NCBI GenBank assembly: GCA_016791465.1
Contig: JAEUWE010000216.1
Span: 1 to 17,589 of the forward strand
Reading direction: 5' to 3'
Origin: Pseudobdellovibrionaceae bacterium
GTDB taxonomy: Bacteria; Bdellovibrionota; Bdellovibrionia; Bdellovibrionales; JAMPXM01
DNA: 17,589 nucleotides
The position numbers were made by a program, and so were the translations under genes. Below, piece after piece: positions 6,686 to 13,618 of the stretch (the first letter of the stretch is position 1; each line of letters begins with the position of its first letter). The notes below the pieces were generated by a model, which was not told where the DNA came from, did no database searches, and saw only the letters and a program-made list of their open reading frames with translations.

Positions 6686-8008
6686 ATGAATGTTCGCAGT
6701 CTCGTTTTGGCATCGCAGTCGCCACGTCGAAGACAAATCCTTTCGTTGGCAGGGTTCGAGTTCGACATCCTCCCTTCTCAAATATCGGAAATTCCCGATG
6801 AAAACCTGAATCTGGCGCAGCAAATTCGACAGCTGGCTCATGACAAGGCCGAGGCCTGTCTCAAAATGAGAAAGCCATTGAAAGGACAGGGGGTTTTGAT
6901 CCTTGCGGCCGACACGATGGTGGCCTTGGCTGGCCAAACATTGGGCAAGCCGAAGGACGAGAATCAAGCGCGTCAATTTCTTAAGCAGCTCTCTGGCCAG
7001 ACTCATGTCGTGCTCACTGGACTTTCGCTCTATGACGTCGACACGGATACCTGGGCTGAGTCTGTTGTCGAAACCAAGGTGTATTTTCGCGAGCTGACGG
7101 CTCAAGAAATCGAGCACTATGTTCGTTCGGGTGATCCGATGGACAAGGCTGGTGGCTATGGTATTCAGGGCGAAGCCGGCGCTTTCGTTCAGCGAATTGA
7201 AGGGCCGTTCGATAATGTCGTTGGACTTCCTATCGACGAGTTGAAACGTCTGCTTGTCGAGAATCGATGGCAGATTCGCAGGCGAGTTTCATCGGTACAA
7301 GAAGGTCTCCTCAGTATCCGCCAACAGATTTCGAACGCCTGCATCCAATTTCATCGGGCGCCGTCGAGCGTGAAGCTGATCGCGGTTTCGAAGACGAAAT
7401 CTGCGGAAGCCGTGATGGAGGCGGTCTTGGCGGATCAGCTGGAGTTTGGTGAGAACTACGCTCAAGAGGCTGTGGATAAGCAAGTGGAGATTGCACAGTT
7501 GCAGCAGATCGCCGGTATCGACCGAAAAGTGAATTGGCACTTTATCGGTGGTCTCCAAAGCAAGAAGGTCAAGGCGGTCGTTGGGTCGTTCGTGTTGATT
7601 CATTCTGTCGACCGCGAATCATTGGTTTTAGAAATTGAAAAGCGCGCGGCCGAAAAGGAGATAGTGCAGGACATTTTGCTTCAGGTGAATATAGCGAACG
7701 AAGAGACAAAGTCGGGAGCGAGTGTTCAGGATTTTACCTCGCTTGTCGACCTGGCTGCTCGTCAGTCTCACATTCGAATCTGCGGTATTATGGCACTGCC
7801 ACCGCTGGTTGAAGACGAGGTGTTGGCGCGCCGGCAGTTTGCTGAAGTTCGCGCCGTTTTTGAGTTGGCCAAGCGTCGTCTTTCAATCGAGCAACAGCGG
7901 TCTTTCACCGAAATGTCGATGGGAACAACGCATGACTTTGCGGCCGCCATTGCAGAGGGCGCGACGATGGTTCGTGTGGGGACGGCGATCTTCGGAGCTC
8001 GGCAGTAG
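6686..8008 (+). CDS. Maf nucleoside-triphosphate pyrophosphatase fused to a YggS-family PLP-binding (PLP homeostasis) domain
   Basis: One uninterrupted 440-aa ORF. The Maf part is aa 1-~192 (LASQSPRRRQIL, ILAADTMV, LGKPKD, DKAGGYGIQG, NVVGLP). The YggS part is aa ~202-440 (LIAVSKTK with the presumed PLP lysine, FGENYAQE, WHFIGGLQSKK, MSMGTTHDF..AIAEGATMVRVGTAIFG). The junction (7262-7288) has no in-frame stop and no plausible internal start. Confidence 0.9.
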   Translation: MNVRSLVLASQSPRRRQILSLAGFEFDILPSQISEIPDENLNLAQQIRQLAHDKAEACLKMRKPLKGQGVLILAADTMVALAGQTLGKPKDENQARQFLKQLSGQTHVVLTGLSLYDVDTDTWAESVVETKVYFRELTAQEIEHYVRSGDPMDKAGGYGIQGEAGAFVQRIEGPFDNVVGLPIDELKRLLVENRWQIRRRVSSVQEGLLSIRQQISNACIQFHRAPSSVKLIAVSKTKSAEAVMEAVLADQLEFGENYAQEAVDKQVEIAQLQQIAGIDRKVNWHFIGGLQSKKVKAVVGSFVLIHSVDRESLVLEIEKRAAEKEIVQDILLQVNIANEETKSGASVQDFTSLVDLAARQSHIRICGIMALPPLVEDEVLARRQFAEVRAVFELAKRRLSIEQQRSFTEMSMGTTHDFAAAIAEGATMVRVGTAIFGARQ

Positions 8009-8023
8009 GCCGAGCGTTTTTTT
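7997..8023 (+). terminator. Rho-independent terminator overlapping the maf-yggS stop codon
   Basis: Perfect 7-bp stem GCTCGGC (7997-8003) / GCCGAGC (8009-8015). The loop AGTAG contains the TAG stop. The stem is followed by G and T7 (8017-8023). There is no U-tract in the opposite direction. Confidence 0.7.
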
Positions 8024-8026
8024 GAA

Positions 8027-8560
8027 CTAGTTCTGAATCAATAGTTGGCAGTTGTCGTTCTCAGAACTCAGATGCCCTTTCAAGCATGAAAAGCTGAGAG
8101 CCAGATCTTCTGTATTGAGGTACTTCATAAAGTATCCGGCGTGCTGCAGCATCGGCACATCAATAGCCTCAAAGAGAAATTGAATTGTCTGCGGTTCAGT
8201 GAGTGTCGCGCGAATCATACTCGGAGTGTATTCAACGGCAACGTGGTCGCTGCTTGAAACTTTGGCGATCTCAGCGCCACATGTGAACTTCGGACCCGAG
8301 TATTGAGCACAGTAGAAATACACCGTGCCAGAACTGTCTCTGAAGCGCTTCATCATCGCTCTTTTGCCATTCGGATCAGTGGCCATTGCTTCTGGGAATT
8401 TGAGTTTGAAGTAGATATCGTGAGCTTCTTGCGCCTGATCGATAACGATCGAAACGGTGGTCGGCGTTTCGGTGATAGCGGCTTTTGCTGGTGATCCTGT
8501 GCCCACAAGGATCAGGAGAGTGGCGGCTGTGACGAAATGGAATTTCTGAAAAGACATCAT
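8027..8560 (-). CDS. Hypothetical secreted protein (Sec signal peptide, four Cys)
   Basis: The start was re-assigned to the ATG at 8560 (MMSFQKFHFVTAATLLILVGTGSPAKA-A), with GGAG about 8 nt upstream. The mature protein is ~150 aa with Cys pairs YCAQYSGPKFTC and SCLKGHLSSENDNC. I recognise no family. Confidence 0.65.
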   Translation of the reverse strand: MMSFQKFHFVTAATLLILVGTGSPAKAAITETPTTVSIVIDQAQEAHDIYFKLKFPEAMATDPNGKRAMMKRFRDSSGTVYFYCAQYSGPKFTCGAEIAKVSSSDHVAVEYTPSMIRATLTEPQTIQFLFEAIDVPMLQHAGYFMKYLNTEDLALSFSCLKGHLSSENDNCQLLIQN

Positions 8561-8665
8561 GATGGTGCTCCAATCGGTCGGTCTCTGTCGGTTTATCGAG
8601 GAACTCCGAAAAAAGAAATGTGTATCATTGTTGCGCGTCGCCACAAGGTCGCGCATGATGAATCA

Positions 8666-9493
8666 ATGATCTACCAAAAGATCGGCTTTATTGGGACCGG
8701 CCACATGGGCCAAGCGATGATCCAGGCATTGGCTGAAAGCGGCAAGGTTCCGGTCTCGAAGCTCTATGCGTCGAATCGATCACCGGGAAAACTCAAGCGT
8801 GTCCAAGAGCAGTTTGGAATTAACGTCGTTGCGAACAACGAAGAGCTGATCGACATCTGCGACATCGTCATTATTGCGGTCAAGCCACAAGACTTGACCG
8901 CCGTTATTGAGCCTGTGGCTTCGAGTTTTCTCCCTGGGCAGATCGTGATCTCGCTTGCCGCTGGCTACTCGCTTCGTTCGCTTCAGAAGCTACTTCCGAC
9001 GGTAAAGGGTTTGGTGCGTGTGATGCCCAATACGCCGGCAACGATTCGCCGGGCAGTGCTCGGCTACTGCATGGGCCCGGGGGCTGATATCTATGCTCCG
9101 GTTATTGAAGAACTGTTTTCGCCTCTTGGTCTTGTCGTGCCAGCGCCTGAAGGCGAGTTGTTTGAGGCGCTGACTGTGAGTTGTGGATCGGGTCCCGGCT
9201 TTATTTTTGAAGTGATGCAGTACTGGCAAGAATGGGTGGAAGAGCACGGATTTGAGCCCGACGTCGCTCGAAAAATGGTTGTTCAAACATTCTTGGGCGC
9301 GGCAGAGCTTGCGGCAAAATCAGTCGATATGCCGCTCCACGATCTCCAGGACCGGGTTGTTTCGAAAAAAGGAGTTACGGCCGCTGGACTTCAGTCGATG
9401 CGTGAACTCGAGATCGAGCGCGCGCTTCGCTATAGTTTCGAGAAGGCCGTGCTTCGCGACCAAGAATTGGCTCGCGGGACAGCGAAAGACTGA
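8666..9493 (+). CDS. proC: Pyrroline-5-carboxylate reductase
   Basis: Start re-assigned to the ATG at 8666 (MIYQKIGFIGTGHMGQAM, a Rossmann GxGxxG motif). Further motifs are IIAVKPQD, RVMPNTPA, VSCGSGPGFIFE and VVSKKGVTAAGL. The resulting 275 aa is typical for ProC. Confidence 0.9.
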   Translation: MIYQKIGFIGTGHMGQAMIQALAESGKVPVSKLYASNRSPGKLKRVQEQFGINVVANNEELIDICDIVIIAVKPQDLTAVIEPVASSFLPGQIVISLAAGYSLRSLQKLLPTVKGLVRVMPNTPATIRRAVLGYCMGPGADIYAPVIEELFSPLGLVVPAPEGELFEALTVSCGSGPGFIFEVMQYWQEWVEEHGFEPDVARKMVVQTFLGAAELAAKSVDMPLHDLQDRVVSKKGVTAAGLQSMRELEIERALRYSFEKAVLRDQELARGTAKD

Positions 9494-9574
9494 AACTAGA
9501 CCTAGGGCCGTTGTCGAAGGTCCAGCAACTCTCGTATCCTAAATAGGTAAATCATCGGTCCCAGGGAGGGAATC

Positions 9575-10162
9575 GTGAGAATTGCTCCGATCGACATCGC
9601 TCACAAGAGCTTCAATCGCAAAGTTATGGGTCTCGATTCTGACGAAGTTGCAAACTTCCTTCGCGATATCGCGGATCAAATGGAAGAACTCATCCGTGAG
9701 CGCAATTCACTCAAAGAAATCGCTCGTCAAAAAGACATTCAGCTCATGGAGTATAAAGAGCGGGACGACACTTTGAAGGCGACACTCGCGACGGCAACAA
9801 AGATGTGTGAGCAGATTCGCCAAGATGCCGAGCGCGAAGCCAAGCTCATCATCAACGACGCCTCACAGAAGGCTGAAGTCGTGATGCGCGATGGTCGTGA
9901 TCAATTGAAGCGGCTGTATCAAGAAATCGCCGACATCAAAAAGCTTCGCATGCAGTTCGAAGGAAATTTGAAAGCGGTTTGTCAGGCGCATATCTCGATG
10001 GTTGAGTCGAGCCACATGCATCTTCCGGATCCGCAAATCAATTTGGCTCACGCGGCGAACGTCACGCATGCACAGGCGCCGAGTGCAAACCAAGCGACCA
10101 CGCCTGCTGCGGCAGCCCCGCAGCAGCAGGCCCCGCGCTTCCGCACGACGCCTAACGTGTAG
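9575..10162 (+). CDS. divIVA: DivIVA-domain cell-division / polarity protein
   Basis: GTG start at 9575 with GGGAGGG at 9564-9570. The N-terminus MRIAPIDIAHKSFNRKVMGLDSDEVANFLRDIADQMEEL matches the DivIVA lipid-binding domain. It is followed by a coiled-coil region and an Ala/Gln/Pro-rich tail. Confidence 0.9.
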   Translation: MRIAPIDIAHKSFNRKVMGLDSDEVANFLRDIADQMEELIRERNSLKEIARQKDIQLMEYKERDDTLKATLATATKMCEQIRQDAEREAKLIINDASQKAEVVMRDGRDQLKRLYQEIADIKKLRMQFEGNLKAVCQAHISMVESSHMHLPDPQINLAHAANVTHAQAPSANQATTPAAAAPQQQAPRFRTTPNV

Positions 10163-10188
10163 TTCGCCCGACATCAGGACGAGAAAAC

Positions 10189-10225
10189 AAAAAAGGTCCG
10201 CTTTGCCAGCGGACCTTTTTTATTT
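10189..10225. terminator. Bidirectional Rho-independent terminator between the convergent divIVA and endonuclease I genes
   Basis: Stem GGTCCGC (10195-10201) / GCGGACC (10209-10215) with loop TTTGCCA. It is flanked by A6 upstream and T6ATTT downstream, so it reads as a terminator on both strands. Confidence 0.8.
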
Positions 10226-10244
10226 CAGCCATTCAATGAGTGCA

Positions 10245-11129
10245 TTAGAAGTCGGAGATTTCCTCGACGAGTTCTGGATGGTCGATGAAAGGATTGCGGT
10301 TGCCTTGCACCTTGTAAATCGTTTCGTTCCGCTCTTGCTCAAAGGTATCGGCCGGGTCTTGGCGATGCCACTTTCTCAAGAAGGCCTCTTCTGTTGGGTC
10401 GATTTCGATGTGATATCGAACCGAGAAGTAAAAGAGGGCGCGAGCAACGTTACCCTTATGCGCGTTTGGTGGTTCAAAGTAGTCTTCTGAGCGGCCCTGA
10501 ACGGTACCGAACTTTGACGAGTTTGAGCAGGGGAGCGGTCGATCTGGAACGTCGACTTCGGCAAACTTATGATTTCCGCGAATCGAGTTCATTTGTGAGT
10601 GCGTTGGGTAGAGGTGGTGAAGATCGCTCTTCTGTGTGTCTTTTGAGAAGGAGCGGTTGAAGCGGCTTTGCGGCCAGGTGTGCTCGGTATTGATGATCGA
10701 GTCTTGTGGGGTTTTTCCAGGGCCGACTTGATCGGATCCGCCGAAGTCGCGATTCGTGAATTCTTTCTCGCAATAGACGTCGCGAACAGCGTAGTTGCCT
10801 GGTGAGCCAGAGAGATGGATCTGCCCCATGAGAACTCGGCGCGCAGCGCTGTAGCCAATGGGTTGGTGCGAGTAGCAGTCGCGACCTGCGGTGTCGCAGT
10901 TGGCGTTCACGGAGTCTGGTGCTCCACTGTTGCGTTGATGGCGCGATTCGAGAATGTCCTGGAGTTCTTGGATGAGCTCTTTGTCGCGTTTGCCGGCTGC
11001 GACATGGCTGTAGAATTCGCTACCGTAGTAGGGAATTTGCTTGGTGAGCGTAACAGCCGAAGCTGTCGACACCATGCAAAGGATTGAAAAGAGCCAAGAA
11101 ACCCTAAACAGAACGTTCGAATACTTCAT
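10245..11129 (-). CDS. endA: Secreted endonuclease I family (EndA/Vvn-like) nuclease
   Basis: Motifs are NTEHTWPQS, DLHHLYP, NSIRGNHKF, HKGNVARALFYF and QGNRNPFIDHPE. I prefer the start at ATG 11129 (MKYSNVLFRVSWLFSILCMVSTASA signal peptide, G-rich SD 7-12 nt upstream) over the ORF-track start at 11162. Confidence 0.9.
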   Translation of the reverse strand: MKYSNVLFRVSWLFSILCMVSTASAVTLTKQIPYYGSEFYSHVAAGKRDKELIQELQDILESRHQRNSGAPDSVNANCDTAGRDCYSHQPIGYSAARRVLMGQIHLSGSPGNYAVRDVYCEKEFTNRDFGGSDQVGPGKTPQDSIINTEHTWPQSRFNRSFSKDTQKSDLHHLYPTHSQMNSIRGNHKFAEVDVPDRPLPCSNSSKFGTVQGRSEDYFEPPNAHKGNVARALFYFSVRYHIEIDPTEEAFLRKWHRQDPADTFEQERNETIYKVQGNRNPFIDHPELVEEISDF

Positions 11130-11220
11130 CCGACGCCCCCCTTTGGAAATTGGTTTAAGCAAACGGTTCGCACGGCGGCAAGAATAAGAGTTTTAGGATT
11201 GTGTTGTGACGCATCGCGCA

Positions 11221-12024
11221 TCACGGTTTTGTGCCCAGAGTTTCGGCAAAGAAGCTGCGCATCGCGATCCACGAGCGCTTTGCCGCCTGTTCATTGTAGG
11301 CCGCACCCTTTGAGTTGTCGTTTCCGGCCTCCTTTTCGGTGAAGGAGTGAACCGCGCCTCCGTATTGGATGAGCTGCCAGTCGACTTTATTCTTTCTCAT
11401 TTCATCTTCGAATGCGGCGAGGTCAGCGGCTGCGACAAACGGATCGTCAGCACCGTGGAGCGCGAGGATGCGTCCTTTGATGCGGGCGCCGTCGGCCGGC
11501 TTTGGAGAATCGAGTCCACCGTGAAAGCTGACAAAGGCTTTCGCATCAGCACCGGCGCGCGCAAGTTCGATGGCGGCCGTTCCTCCGAAACAATAACCAA
11601 TGACGGCGATTCTATTCTTATCGACCTGCGGTTGTTCTTTGATCAGCTTAAGGCCTCGCTGCATACGATTGCGCAGACTCGTGCGGTCTTTTTTGAAGCC
11701 GCCCGCAAGTGCGCTGGCTTCTTCTGCGTTCTTTGGACGAACATCCTTTCCATAAATGTCGACGGCCACGGCGACAAAGCCCTCTTGAGCGAGGCGCTCG
11801 ACGACTTCTTTGGTCTGATTCGTTACGCCCATCCAGTTGTGGGCGACGAGAACGCCCGGGAGTGGGCCTTTGAGTTGATCGTCGTAGGCGATTAGGCCTT
11901 CAAATTTTTTTCCGACCATATTGTATTCGATGGAGCGACTGACGATGGCCGACTGAGCGATGTCGTGAAAACCAGTGACGAATGCGACTGAGGCGATCAG
12001 GAGAGACAGATCTTTGATAGTCAT
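11221..12024 (-). CDS. Dienelactone hydrolase family alpha/beta hydrolase, probably exported
   Basis: Motifs are PGVLVAHNWMG, GFVAVAVDIYG, IAVIGYCFGG (nucleophile elbow with Cys), SFHGGL, LHGADDPFV and AVHSF. The N-terminus MTIKDLSLLIASVAFVTGFHDIAQSA looks like a signal peptide. Confidence 0.85.
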   Translation of the reverse strand: MTIKDLSLLIASVAFVTGFHDIAQSAIVSRSIEYNMVGKKFEGLIAYDDQLKGPLPGVLVAHNWMGVTNQTKEVVERLAQEGFVAVAVDIYGKDVRPKNAEEASALAGGFKKDRTSLRNRMQRGLKLIKEQPQVDKNRIAVIGYCFGGTAAIELARAGADAKAFVSFHGGLDSPKPADGARIKGRILALHGADDPFVAAADLAAFEDEMRKNKVDWQLIQYGGAVHSFTEKEAGNDNSKGAAYNEQAAKRSWIAMRSFFAETLGTKP

Positions 12025-12028
12025 AAGA

Positions 12029-12355
12029 CTAGCGCATCATTGATGCGGCGAGCTTGGCAAGTGCGGTGTCGAGGCTTAGCCCTTCAGCCCGGAAGACTTT
12101 TGCCCGCGACTTGTCACCTTTGATAAGGGTGATGCTGCGTTTGGAAACCTCGAGGAGCTCGGCGAGAAAGTGAGTGAGCTCCTCGTTGGCCTTGCCCTCC
12201 ACCGGAGGCGCACCAATTTTGATTTTCAAGGCGTCGCCGTGGAGGCCGACCAGCGAGCAGCGGCGTGCCCCGGGCTGCGCGTGAACAGCGATGAGGACTG
12301 CGCCGGATGGGTCGGTCTTCAGGGCGACGCGAAGATTGGTGGGCTCATTTTCCAT
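12029..12355 (-). CDS. yggU: DUF167 / YggU family protein
   Basis: Motifs are AVHAQPGARRCSLVGLHGDALKIKIGAPPVEGKANEEL..FLAELL.V.KRSITLIKGDKSRAKVF. I prefer the start at ATG 12355 (MENEPTNLRV), which overlaps the upstream gene by 11 nt. The ORF-track start at 12412 remains possible. Confidence 0.75.
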   Translation of the reverse strand: MENEPTNLRVALKTDPSGAVLIAVHAQPGARRCSLVGLHGDALKIKIGAPPVEGKANEELTHFLAELLEVSKRSITLIKGDKSRAKVFRAEGLSLDTALAKLAASMMR

Positions 12356-13412
12356 CGAGCAGTCGCTCGGTTTCGTTGAGGTCGCTACCGCTCGTACCGG
12401 GCTGAAAGTCATTTCCAGGCTTGATCACGTCCGGATCGGTTTGTTCAGAATCAAGTTTGAAGGAGTCGGTCGTGCCAGGTGCAGAGATTCGTTCGTCTGG
12501 ATTTTCAGAAATCCCTGTCGCTCTTGTTCGCCGCGGAATGGACGAGAAGACGACATTGAGCGTGATGGCTTGTCCCTCAGCTGTGCGCAAGCCTGTGAGA
12601 GTTTTATCGTAGCCGGCGCGAATCTCGACCGTGTTGCCGGGTTTAAAGCCAATCCAGCCGCGGGCGCGAAGCAGCGCTGGATCGAATGTGCGATAGCGGA
12701 AGCTTCCACCATTCGCTGAGCTTGTCGTGAGAGAGCGCTCGGCGAGAGTGAGATCGTCATTGAGAAGAGTCTCGATGCCATCAACGCCGCCCCCGAGCAT
12801 AATTTTTCCGAGCGGCACTTCGGCGAATGCTCCATAGTGCAGAGTTTTGGCGAGTCCCTCTGTAGGAAGACGGGCGCCGACGTAGCCGAAGATTTTGAGC
12901 GCGCCGATATCTTTTCGGAGATGCAAAAGTGCCCGACCGTACATCGCTCCGTCATTCACAAGTGGCGAAATCTGATAGCGAGTGACCGACGAGATCGGCA
13001 TTCCGGCTTCGATCTCGGCGACCATGCGCAGCCATTCGCGCCAAACGACGAAGTGGCCACCGACAAAGGCGTCAGACAAACCGCTGTTGGTCTTTTCATT
13101 GAAAGTATCGAGGACCCGCACTTGCGTCAGTCCTGCGCCACCATAGACCGAAAATTTGGGCCAGAACGCGTAACGTGCGCGGACCCAGGTCTGAAAGTCA
13201 GTGAGGTTGTTGTCGCCAGCGAGGCGCGAGTATTCGCCGCGGGTGGGGCCGTAGTTTGCGTGGGTCCAGAAATACTCAGTGGAGCCCGAGATCCCAAACG
13301 AGCCTTTTCTCCAGGCCCAGGGCGGCGTTTCAATTGGACTTCCAAACGCTGAATTCGGAGTCGTGTTCATTGCGACAAGCGCGAACAAGAAAGTCAGAGC
13401 GAACCGTTTCAT
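12345..13412 (-). CDS. Hypothetical outer-membrane beta-barrel-like protein with an acidic disordered C-terminal tail
   Basis: Start re-assigned to ATG 13412 (MKRFALTFLFALVAMNTTPNSAFG signal peptide, GAGGG SD upstream). Amphipathic strand-like, aromatic/Gly-rich segments alternate through the protein (e.g. VEIRAGYDKTLTGL, AITLNVVFSS). The last ~60 aa are Asp/Glu/Pro/Ser-rich. The family is not recognised. Confidence 0.6.
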   Translation of the reverse strand: MKRFALTFLFALVAMNTTPNSAFGSPIETPPWAWRKGSFGISGSTEYFWTHANYGPTRGEYSRLAGDNNLTDFQTWVRARYAFWPKFSVYGGAGLTQVRVLDTFNEKTNSGLSDAFVGGHFVVWREWLRMVAEIEAGMPISSVTRYQISPLVNDGAMYGRALLHLRKDIGALKIFGYVGARLPTEGLAKTLHYGAFAEVPLGKIMLGGGVDGIETLLNDDLTLAERSLTTSSANGGSFRYRTFDPALLRARGWIGFKPGNTVEIRAGYDKTLTGLRTAEGQAITLNVVFSSIPRRTRATGISENPDERISAPGTTDSFKLDSEQTDPDVIKPGNDFQPGTSGSDLNETERLLDGK

Positions 13413-13618
13413 TGCCCTCAAGTTAGCATCGAATGCCTGGTCGCGGTATGTTGAAATAATCGACGTCTTGTCTAAAACGCGGCGATCTCGACGTCTCATA
13501 CATGGACCTATGTTGAGGCCTATCGCCCTAGGACCAGAGTTTCTTTTCGATACGATAGGAAGCCGGCCGTTTCGCCGATAAACTGGTTGTATTGATCGCA
13601 ATTGAAGGAGAGTACGCC

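Noticed and set aside
5417-6700. Search for an Flp-type prepilin small ORF next to the T2SS-F gene
   Set aside because: There is no intergenic space here, because the genes overlap or abut. I saw no short hydrophobic ORF with a G/xxxxEY-type motif.
6647-7117. 156-aa minus-strand ORF overlapping the start of maf-yggS
   Set aside because: It is antisense to the well-supported Maf domain, has no motifs and would also collide with the T2SS-F gene start. It is a shadow ORF.
8537-8665. N-terminal extensions offered by the ORF track for proC (from 8537) and for the secreted protein (up to 8656)
   Set aside because: The two extensions would overlap each other, and they precede the canonical N-termini (the Rossmann GxGxxG motif and the signal peptide with its SD, respectively). 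The downstream ATGs at 8666 and 8560 fit better.
10002-10490. 162-aa plus-strand ORF
   Set aside because: It would run from inside divIVA (in a different frame), through the bidirectional terminator, and into the antisense of the endonuclease I gene. That is implausible.
11347-11895. 182-aa plus-strand ORF
   Set aside because: It is antisense to the dienelactone hydrolase gene, which carries clear family motifs. It has no signal of its own.
12291-13352. Plus-strand ORFs 12291-12719 and 12837-13352, and the alternate-frame minus-strand ORF 12425-12955
   Set aside because: All are nested in or antisense to the longer minus-strand gene, which has an SD, a signal peptide and strand-like periodicity. 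Their translations are low-complexity and Arg-rich.
13413-13601. 63-codon N-terminal extension of the barrel-like protein ORF, and the TTG start at 13592 for the lipoprotein
   Set aside because: The extension is basic and non-hydrophobic and sits ahead of a textbook signal peptide that has its own GAGGG SD. For the lipoprotein, the ATG at 13619 has a GAAGGAG SD. The region is better read as divergent promoter DNA.
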